A stretch of DNA of 13,097 nucleotides from Bdellovibrionota bacterium. Its GTDB lineage: Bacteria; Bdellovibrionota_C; UBA2361; OMII01. Both the position numbers and the translations under genes were made by a program. Under the pieces are notes generated by a model. That model did not search any database. It had not been told where the DNA came from and saw nothing but the letters and a program-made list of their open reading frames with translations. Below are positions 1-5,471 of the stretch, in pieces (position 1 is the first letter of the stretch; every line of letters starts with the position of its first letter). The stretch covers positions 1 through 13,097 of the forward strand of contig JBIKWQ010000081.1 in NCBI GenBank assembly GCA_044356215.1. The letters run 5' to 3'.

Positions 1-107
1 TATCTATCGTGCTCATAGACTTTGCGCTCCTTCGCATGGTCGAGCCTATTTTATTTTCTCACTAAGGGCAAGTGTTTATAAAAGTATCGCTATTCTAGGC
101 GGTTGGG

Positions 108-129
108 GGTGGGGCTGCGAAGCCCTACC
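108..129 (+). other. GC-rich hairpin with GNRA tetraloop
   Basis: GGTGGGGCT-GCGA-AGCCCTACC: 9-bp stem with one G-U pair and a GCGA loop. No U-tract follows. Confidence 0.6.
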
Positions 130-131
130 GG

Positions 132-276
132 GCCAAAATAGGGTATCGCAGTTCTTTTTAGGCTGTAGCTGGGTTAGTTTGAAATTTAAAAAGTTAACTA
201 TTCAGACTTCTTGGGAAATTTAAGTGACCCAGCTAGAGTTCGAAAAGATTAGGTAACTTTTTATCTCTCTTTTGGC
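132..276. repeat. Long imperfect inverted repeat containing a MITE-family terminal motif
   Basis: GCCAAAA(132-138)/TTTTGGC(270-276), TAGCTGGGTTA(166-176)/TGACCCAGCTA(225-235) and AAATTT/AAATTT arms. 139-157 TAGGGTATCGCAGTTCTTT matches 9671-9689 TAGGGCGTCGCAGTTCTTT at 17/19. Confidence 0.65.
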
Positions 277-290
277 ATAACACCAGTATT

Positions 291-899
291 ATGACTGAAA
301 TGGCCAAATCTACAGATACTTTTAATACTTCTTCTTTTTCTTTTAAAGAACTTTTCTCTTTACCAAGAGACTTTCCACATGATCGTTTCCAGGTTCAAGA
401 AAATCTTTCTTATGTAAGTGGTTGTATGACATTTCGAGCTTGGGATTCAGTTGATAATAGAGATGTTTTCCTCAAATTTATTGATAGACCTCATTTTCAT
501 GATGATGGTCAGCTTGGATTGAAATTCTCATCTTTTGATGTTTCCGATCCCTGGCCCTACGAGGGATTAGGGCTCATACACCTCGCTGAAGACCCAGTTA
601 GTCTGATCCTCTTTCTGCTCGTCGAATTTGTCCTCCTGATGGTGTTCGCTTTTGTGTTTTCCTTTCTTATCTGGCTTGGCATGAATGGAGTAGTTCTGGC
701 TATTACGCTACTGACGATGCCGCTTTTCTACATCTTTCGCTCCTCTGTCCGATTTGTCCTTAGGAACTCACCGGCCTGTTGCGGCGACTTTTTGAAATCT
801 GTTTGCGTTGCAGCTGGCTTTGCCGTCTTCAAGTCTTGTTGGTTTTTTGCAATCGTTGCAGGAGCGCATTATTTAGCGATGTGGTATCGGGGCGAATAA
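291..899 (+). CDS. Hypothetical membrane protein, apparently chimeric (AT-rich kinase-N-lobe-like N-terminus fused to a multi-TM C-terminus)
   Basis: 202-aa ORF. Residues ~31-64 (DRFQVQENL...FRAWDSVDNRDVFLKFI) resemble the first strands of Hanks-type kinases. Residues ~103-197 hold about 3 hydrophobic helices. Codon third positions shift from T-rich to more C/G-rich near 500-550. The stop TAA lies within GAATAAC. Confidence 0.55.
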   Translation: MTEMAKSTDTFNTSSFSFKELFSLPRDFPHDRFQVQENLSYVSGCMTFRAWDSVDNRDVFLKFIDRPHFHDDGQLGLKFSSFDVSDPWPYEGLGLIHLAEDPVSLILFLLVEFVLLMVFAFVFSFLIWLGMNGVVLAITLLTMPLFYIFRSSVRFVLRNSPACCGDFLKSVCVAAGFAVFKSCWFFAIVAGAHYLAMWYRGE

Positions 900-915
900 C
901 AAGGCATCCGAGGAT
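894..915 (+). mobile_element. Possible truncated attC half-site (R'' end only)
   Basis: GAATAAC-AAGGC-ATCCGAGG overlaps the stop codon as R'' boxes usually do. No matching L'/GTTRRRY half was found. Confidence 0.3.
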
Positions 916-936
916 GGTAGAGCTCATAAATAACTA

Positions 937-966
937 TTGTCAGCTATGTGCCATATATAGCACACT
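937..966 (+). promoter_or_regulatory. Putative TA promoter with palindromic operator
   Basis: Candidate -35 TTGTCA and -10 CACACT (961-966) bracket the near-palindrome TGTGCCATATATAGCACA (947-964), just upstream of the toxin start. Confidence 0.55.
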
Positions 967-978
967 TGAACCAAGTAA

Positions 979-1269
979 GTGATTTGTACTCCCGAGTTTG
1001 AAAATTGGCTGTCGCGCGAGTCGGCCAAAGTTCAGACGCTAGTGGAATCGCGTGTGTTTCGAATTGAGCACTACAACCACCTCGGAGATGCAAAGCATCT
1101 CGGGGCTGGACTATCTGAGCTTCGCTGGAAGAATGGACTTAGAGTCTATTTTGCCAGAGTTGGTCAGCGAGTTGTTCTGCTTATTCACGGCGGAGGAAAA
1201 AATGCCCAAAAAAGTGACATCAAAAAAGCGAGAGCTCTCCTTGAGCGATATTCCGATTCGGCGACTTAA
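979..1269 (+). CDS. Type II toxin, RelE/ParE/HigB-like (addiction module killer protein type)
   Basis: 96 aa with TPEFENWL, HLGDAKHLGAGLSELRW, GLRVYF and LLIHGGGKNAQKSDIKKA, the pattern of HI1419-type killer proteins. GTG start. Confidence 0.9.
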   Translation: MICTPEFENWLSRESAKVQTLVESRVFRIEHYNHLGDAKHLGAGLSELRWKNGLRVYFARVGQRVVLLIHGGGKNAQKSDIKKARALLERYSDSAT

Positions 1270-1534
1270 GGCGGGGCCGGCAACAGTCAAGACGAGCAGT
1301 GCCAAGCGATTGCAGGATCAGGAGCTCGTTTTTCGTGCATTTTGGCAGTGCCTTATCAACAAAGATATTGAATCTTTCAAAGAGATACTCCGTGGTCACT
1401 TGGATGCAGTAAATAAGGGGTCGTTAGCCAAGAGGTCAAAAACCTCTCGTCGTACTCTGCATAGGATTCTATCGCCGGAGGGAAACCCGACCTTAAAGAG
1501 CATATCAAATGTAATCCATGCGCTTTATGGATAA
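1202..1534 (+). CDS. Cognate HTH antitoxin (HigA-like / addiction module antidote)
   Basis: C-terminal LAKRSKTSRRTLHRILSPEGNPTLKSISNVIHAL is a typical antidote Xre-HTH. Start reassigned to ATG 1202 (MPKK...), giving a 68-nt overlap with the toxin. Confidence 0.85.
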   Translation: MPKKVTSKKRELSLSDIPIRRLKAGPATVKTSSAKRLQDQELVFRAFWQCLINKDIESFKEILRGHLDAVNKGSLAKRSKTSRRTLHRILSPEGNPTLKSISNVIHALYG

Positions 1535-1584
1535 CGAAGATATCCAGCAGAGCGCGGTTACGCCTGCTTATGGTCGCGTTATGC
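1529..1584 (+). mobile_element. Integron attC recombination site (56 bp)
   Basis: R'' GGATAAC (contains the antitoxin stop), GAAGA spacer, TAT[C]CAGCAG[A]GCG / CGGTTA loop / CGCCTGCTTATG, then R' GTTATGC (GTTRRRY-like). The next ATG is 16 nt downstream. Confidence 0.8.
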
Positions 1585-1600
1585 CCCTTAAAGTTTCTCC

Positions 1601-1841
1601 ATGAGCCAACCAATTTTGTACATATTCGGCGGCTTTCCAGCCTCTGGTAAGAGTACACCAGCGCGTCATCCTCTGTGAATTAAATAGAAATTACTCGAAG
1701 AGCTTGGCGAGAAGTCGGGGTCTTATGCACCACGAGATAGAGATTGTTTGCTCGGATCGTGCAGAGCACCAGGCACGACTTAAGGAATTGCCCAATGAAG
1801 CAGGCATGCCGGGTTCGATAAGTAATCGCACCGCCCTCTAA
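1601..1841 (+). pseudogene. P-loop (AAA_33-like) kinase/ATPase cassette pseudogene
   Basis: MSQPILYIFGGFPASGKST (Walker A) at 1601. After an apparent internal deletion comes SVN*IEITRRAWREV (from 1672), then after a frameshift EIEIVCSDRAEHQAR. These match the N-terminal, DSVNP..TR..W and EVVCSD..EHRRR motifs I recall for this family. Not in the ORF track. Confidence 0.8.
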
Positions 1842-1848
1842 TACAGGT

Positions 1849-2226
1849 TCAAGCCACAACAACAAAACTGCCATAACTCTTCAGCAGTCTATCGGCAGTC
1901 AAAAATCTGAGCTTAAGGCTCTTTGCCTGAGCGATCAGTAGTCTATCAAAAGGATCTTTGTGGTGGGCAGCAAACGTATTAACTAACTCTGCATGTAAAG
2001 GGAGTATCGGAAGCAGGACGAAACCCTCCTCTTCAGCAAGAGCAGATACGTTTTTAATCTTAGGGAGTTTTCCTATGGATGATTTGATACTTATTTCCCA
2101 GATCGATGCCGCGCTAAGATAGAATTCATTTTCGGGAGAAGTGATGAGACTTCGAGTCTTCTCTGATAGCCTCCGATCATCGCTAAGCCACCAAAGAAAT
2201 ATCTGCGTATCAATTAAATAACTCAT
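1849..2226 (-). CDS. vapC: VapC family PIN-domain toxin
   Basis: YLIDTQIFLWW, SAASIWEISIK, HKDPFDRLLIAQA and LTAD motifs carry the conserved PIN acidic residues. Confidence 0.93.
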   Translation of the reverse strand: MSYLIDTQIFLWWLSDDRRLSEKTRSLITSPENEFYLSAASIWEISIKSSIGKLPKIKNVSALAEEEGFVLLPILPLHAELVNTFAAHHKDPFDRLLIAQAKSLKLRFLTADRLLKSYGSFVVVA

Positions 2227-2237
2227 AGAAAACGCGG

Positions 2238-2474
2238 CTACTCATCAAGATCAAAGAGACCTGAGATAACCGGATCTGGCGAATCGAAATCAGCGGGAAC
2301 CCTGAGAGTTTTCTTTAGTCGTCCTGCTTTCCGCCGCTTCCTAGTGGTGGTGTATAGAGTAAAGCGGACCAGTGGCTTTCCGGCCTTCCCGAGGACAACC
2401 TCTTTTCCCGCGAGAGCTTCCTCGATTAATTTTGAGAGTTCAGCTTTAGCGTCAGAGACATTCCGATAAATCAT
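2238..2474 (-). CDS. Phd/YefM family antitoxin
   Basis: NVSDAKAELSKLIEEALAGKEVVLGKAGKPLVR...VPADFDSP. Lies 11 bp upstream of vapC. Confidence 0.92.
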   Translation of the reverse strand: MIYRNVSDAKAELSKLIEEALAGKEVVLGKAGKPLVRFTLYTTTRKRRKAGRLKKTLRVPADFDSPDPVISGLFDLDE

Positions 2475-2509
2475 ACTTCTAGTCTAGTCTGGTCTGGTCT
2501 ACTTGTAAA
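2475..2509 (-). promoter_or_regulatory. Leaderless sigma70-type promoter with pentamer-repeat operator
   Basis: Minus strand TTTACA-17 nt-TAGACT-6 nt-ATG. The overlapping + strand sequence is (AGTCT)2(GGTCT)2 at 2481-2500. Confidence 0.7.
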
Positions 2510-2649
2510 GATGAATCCACCCCTCGCTCGTAAAAGCTAGATTTATCCGCAATCCGCCGGTGCCCCCGGACGCTATATTCAATTAAATCAGCTACACTGC
2601 TTAAGTAGCGCTGGATGCGGAGAGAAGCCCCTTGCAACAAGGGGTGCGA

Positions 2650-2931
2650 TTAAACTGCGGTGATTTCTGCCATGTACGAGCGCAGGGGGTTTCTTCTCCC
2701 ACCATGGAGGGAAGTTGATATCGCATTTTGCGATATCAAGTCTTTAAACTCCTGGGACGACAGTGAAAACATGAAGTCACTCGGGAATCGGCGAAGATTT
2801 CGAGTAACCTGTTCATTGAGACGCATCGTGCTGACCCCATATAACTGGGCTAAGTCGCTATCGAGAATGACGCGCTGTCCCTTGATGGTTATGATTTTTG
2901 ATTCAATTCGGGTAAGAATTGGCACTTTCAC
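2650..2931 (-). pseudogene. ORF6N-domain DNA-binding protein, 3'-truncated/frameshifted
   Basis: IESKIITIKGQRVILDSDLAQLYGV...LNEQVTRNLRRFPSDFMF...HGGRR is a clear ORF6N domain. The expected P.AFTEHG motif and C-terminal half are missing after the AACCCCC run. Confidence 0.85.
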
Positions 2932-3086
2932 ATCTTGTCACCAACGTGTTGTTTTAATCAGCGCAGGGATCAGTATGGTCTCGTGGTCGAGATCCCGTCT
3001 GATAGGATCACCCTGGTAGCCTATTTATCAGAGCGACCAGCAGAGCACGGCAAGAAGCACGAGAGCGTTCTCATAGCACTACATAC

Positions 3087-3133
3087 CATCGATAACATCT
3101 GGTGAGAGTCTCTCACCGAAGATCATCGATAAC
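3087..3133. repeat. Palindrome flanked by 10-bp direct repeats
   Basis: CATCGATAAC (3087-3096 and 3124-3133) brackets ATCT-GGTGAGAG-T-CTCTCACC-GA-AGAT. Confidence 0.75.
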
Positions 3134-3155
3134 TGATTAATCCCCAATCCCATAC

Positions 3156-3189
3156 CCTGAGTTCCTCTGCGTTCCCCTGCGGTTAAAAA
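3156..3189 (-). repeat. REP-like ACCRCAGAG..CGCAGAG repeat, diverged copy
   Basis: Reverse complement TTTTTAACCGCAGGGGAACGCAGAGGAACTCAGG resembles ACCACAGAGGGCGCAGAGGACACAGAG at 5253 and 9693. A more degenerate opposing copy may lie at ~3036-3065. Confidence 0.55.
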
Positions 3190-3254
3190 TTCCCTCACTA
3201 ACATATCGATGAATTTAAAAAAGTTGCCTATCTCAGCTGTGGTGATAGATTGAT

Positions 3255-3310
3255 GGATAACAAATCAGCCCACTAGAGGGTAAACGCCCTAGTGGCTTTG
3301 AACGATACCT
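3255..3310 (+). mobile_element. attC site (56 bp) with mutated R' core
   Basis: R'' GGATAAC, 5-nt spacer AAATC, L'' AGC[C]CACT, AG[A]GG, loop, CCCT, L' AGTGGCT, 6-nt spacer TTGAAC, R' GATACCT (GTT changed to GAT). Canonical 5/6 spacer geometry. The SDR ATG is 17 nt downstream. Confidence 0.72.
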
Positions 3311-3327
3311 CTATCCAAATTAATCAG

Positions 3328-4035
3328 ATGATCAAAGAAAGAGTCGCACTAGTTACAGGAGCCAGCCGAGGCATAGGAAGAGCACTAGCGCAGGGGCTTG
3401 CCTCAGAGGGTTTTAAGGTAGCGATAGTAGCTCGGTCGGACGAAGAGTTAAAAAAGTTGGCGGCCGAAGTCGACCGAGTGTCCGAATCGCTAGTTTGCTC
3501 AATTGATATTTCAGATGATCGTTTAGTCAAAGACGCGGTTGCCTCTATCTTGAGAAAGTGGGGCCGAGTGGACGTACTAGTAAATAACGCCGGTATTTTT
3601 GAGCTGGGTTCGTTGGATGTTGCGGCATCAAGCCTAGATCGCCTGTATCAGATAAATCTAAAAGCACCTTTCTGCTTCATGCAAGAAGTCTTGCCGGTGA
3701 TGCGAAAACAAAAGAGCGGTTATATTTTTAATATAGCATCAGTTTCAGGGATTGAGGGTTATGCAGGTTATGGAGCTTACGCCTCATCCAAGTTTGCTCT
3801 CGTTGGTCTGAATGAAGCGATTTTCAAGGAGATTTCAAAAGAAGGAATAAAAATCACGGCAATTTGTCCGAGCTGGGTAGATACAGCGATGGCGCAGGAG
3901 GCAAATCTTCCGATGACCGGAGATCTAATGATTCAACCCGGTGACATAATGAAAACCGTATTATGGCTTATGTCCCTATCTTCGTCTGCATGTGTATCGA
4001 AAGTTGTCATAAATTGCTCTTCGACTGTTACTTAA
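3328..4035 (+). CDS. SDR family NAD(P)-dependent oxidoreductase
   Basis: TGASRGIG cofactor motif, NNAG and the YASSK catalytic YxxxK. Start moved to ATG 3328 because the GTG at 3292 lies inside the attC. Confidence 0.93.
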   Translation: MIKERVALVTGASRGIGRALAQGLASEGFKVAIVARSDEELKKLAAEVDRVSESLVCSIDISDDRLVKDAVASILRKWGRVDVLVNNAGIFELGSLDVAASSLDRLYQINLKAPFCFMQEVLPVMRKQKSGYIFNIASVSGIEGYAGYGAYASSKFALVGLNEAIFKEISKEGIKITAICPSWVDTAMAQEANLPMTGDLMIQPGDIMKTVLWLMSLSSSACVSKVVINCSSTVT

Positions 4036-4041
4036 TGCGAG

Positions 4042-4138
4042 GTACAACAAAGCAACGGAAATGACGTTTGATCGTGTTATTGTGCGCCAAGGGTTTTATT
4101 AGTGACAGGTCGGCTGCATGTCATCGTCGTCGTTACTC
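4042..4138 (+). mobile_element. Degenerate attC-like site after the SDR
   Basis: GTACAAC-AAAGC begins 6 nt after the stop and GTTACTC closes the site. Internal arms are ATGACGT/ATGTCAT and TTGATC-G-TGTTATTG/TAGTGACA-GGTCGG, with many G-T pairs. Confidence 0.45.
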
Positions 4139-4189
4139 CCAATTTGAGTTAAAGTATAAGTTCTCGCGGAACATTCAACACTCAGCTAT

Positions 4190-5188
4190 TTACCGAAATG
4201 TGGTCGATCTTCCTACAGCACCAGACCTCCATAACGGCCAGATCAACTCACTAACATTATCTGCCGTTAAGCGCTCAGAATCAGAGACCGCTTCATTATT
4301 CCTCAAAAGCGCCACAAACGCCCCGGCCCCAAATCCATGATAAGGAGCTAGCCGATAACTGGGTAGCTCACTCAAGTCAGAACGATAAGGCGACAAGATA
4401 GGAATCTCTACAGGAGAAAAATTCGGAAAGGTTTTACAGAACCACTCAATATTTTTCTCATTCTCCTCGCGCGAAAATGTGCAGGTTGAATAAAGAATAA
4501 AACCTCCTGGCGCCGTGGTTATCGCCGAATTAGCTAATATTCTCCTCTGCCTCCTCTCATTTAGAGCTATAGTGGCGGAATGAAATGCCCCAGGTGCGGC
4601 CAGACCTTTTAGCAAAAGCGACTGACCAGAACAGGGAGCGTCAACGATCACTAAATTAGCTCGGCCTGGAACTAACGTCGCTAACAATCCAGGGTCGCAC
4701 GAACAAACGATCGCTGGATCAATCGAGCACCTCTGATAATTCGATATTAGCTGCGCCGTTCTCTTTCTTATTACCTCATTTGCGATGGTTAATTCCGGCC
4801 TTAGGTAACGCCACGCTAATATCCCCTTCCCTCCTGGAGCGGCGCACATATCAAGCACGACACCACTCTCACCAAGATCAACCACACTAAGCGCCGCTAT
4901 GGCGAAGGTTGATGAGAGATCTAAAAGATATATCTCTCCCGCTTCGTGCTCCGCTGTTTTGCCTGGCCGAGCTTCGTCAGCGGCGACGTCGATCCATTCG
5001 GGGATCCATGTTGGTCTCTTGTCCGTCTTTTCGTAGAGACCAGTCTTTGGCTCACCACGCAGCCACGCCACTGCTGAAATTCCATGATCGCCCTTCTCTA
5101 TTGCCTGAAGGAATTCACGCCTCAGCGCGAGATCGGGTGTGATTGAGTTTACTACTCGTTCGATGTTTTTAGAGATCGCTAGTTTCAT
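4190..5188 (-). CDS. RsmB/RsmF (NOL1/NOP2/Sun) family SAM-dependent RNA m5C methyltransferase
   Basis: VLDMCAAPGGK, ANE, VDAPCSG and YSTCTFSREENE motifs, with both catalytic cysteines present. Confidence 0.93.
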   Translation of the reverse strand: MKLAISKNIERVVNSITPDLALRREFLQAIEKGDHGISAVAWLRGEPKTGLYEKTDKRPTWIPEWIDVAADEARPGKTAEHEAGEIYLLDLSSTFAIAALSVVDLGESGVVLDMCAAPGGKGILAWRYLRPELTIANEVIRKRTAQLISNYQRCSIDPAIVCSCDPGLLATLVPGRANLVIVDAPCSGQSLLLKGLAAPGAFHSATIALNERRQRRILANSAITTAPGGFILYSTCTFSREENEKNIEWFCKTFPNFSPVEIPILSPYRSDLSELPSYRLAPYHGFGAGAFVALLRNNEAVSDSERLTADNVSELIWPLWRSGAVGRSTTFR

Positions 5189-5199
5189 AAAAAGAAAAC

Positions 5200-5359
5200 G
5201 GGGCGTCGCAACGTTTTTGGTCAGCTACTGGGATAATTAGTAAAATATTTTTACCACAGAGGGCGCAGAGGACACAGAGAATCTCCATAATTGACAATAA
5301 CATGGCCTATTCTTTGCGTCCTCTGCGCCCTCTGTGGTGAAAAAGAACTGCGGCGACCT
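5200..5359. mobile_element. 160-bp non-autonomous MITE-like element with TIRs, internal inverted REP-like doublet and target-site duplication
   Basis: Flanking direct repeat TAAAAAGAAAAC at 5188-5199 and 5359-5370. Ends are GGGGCGTCGCA and (reverse complement) AGGTCGCCGCA. Internal inverted pair at ~5249-5282 and ~5309-5342. Confidence 0.8.
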
Positions 5360-5422
5360 AAAAAGAAAACCACCTTGCTTGACATCTATAACAAGAATAT
5401 GAAATATACACGCGCTCTGTTA

Positions 5423-5471
5423 TTGACCATGCTAAGCCAGGGCTTATAGTTACAATTTTGGATATACCCAA
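5423..5471 (+). promoter_or_regulatory. Putative receptor promoter with two 14-bp palindromes
   Basis: TTGACC(5423)-16 nt-TATAGT(5445). Palindromes TAAGCC-AG-GGCTTA (5433-5446) and TTGGATATACCCAA (5458-5471). Confidence 0.5.

Noticed and set aside
3..65. Possible 3' end of an upstream gene (SIVLIDFALLRMVEPILFSH*)
   Set aside because: Only 20 codons are visible and another frame is also open; cannot be supported from this window.
95..135. GNRA hairpin as group II intron domain VI or a terminator
   Set aside because: There is no domain V (AGC/CGC triad hairpin) upstream and no U-tract downstream.
132..276. Retron msr-msd ncRNA
   Set aside because: No reverse transcriptase in the window, and the end motif matches the local repeat family instead.
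1052..1201. 160-aa version of the antitoxin
   Set aside because: The extension lies entirely within the toxin gene, and ATG 1202 gives a typical length.
2628..2644. CCCCTTG-CAA-CAAGGGG as an intrinsic terminator
   Set aside because: The stem is real but neither strand has a convincing U-tract.
3029..3153. Minus-strand GxxExxY-like remnant (INQLS...YENALV) after the REP-like unit
   Set aside because: The motif spacing is wrong, there is an internal stop and the GxxE residues are absent; too weak to call.
3292..3327. GTG start for the SDR
   Set aside because: It falls in the attC arm; ATG 3328 sits right before the Rossmann motif.
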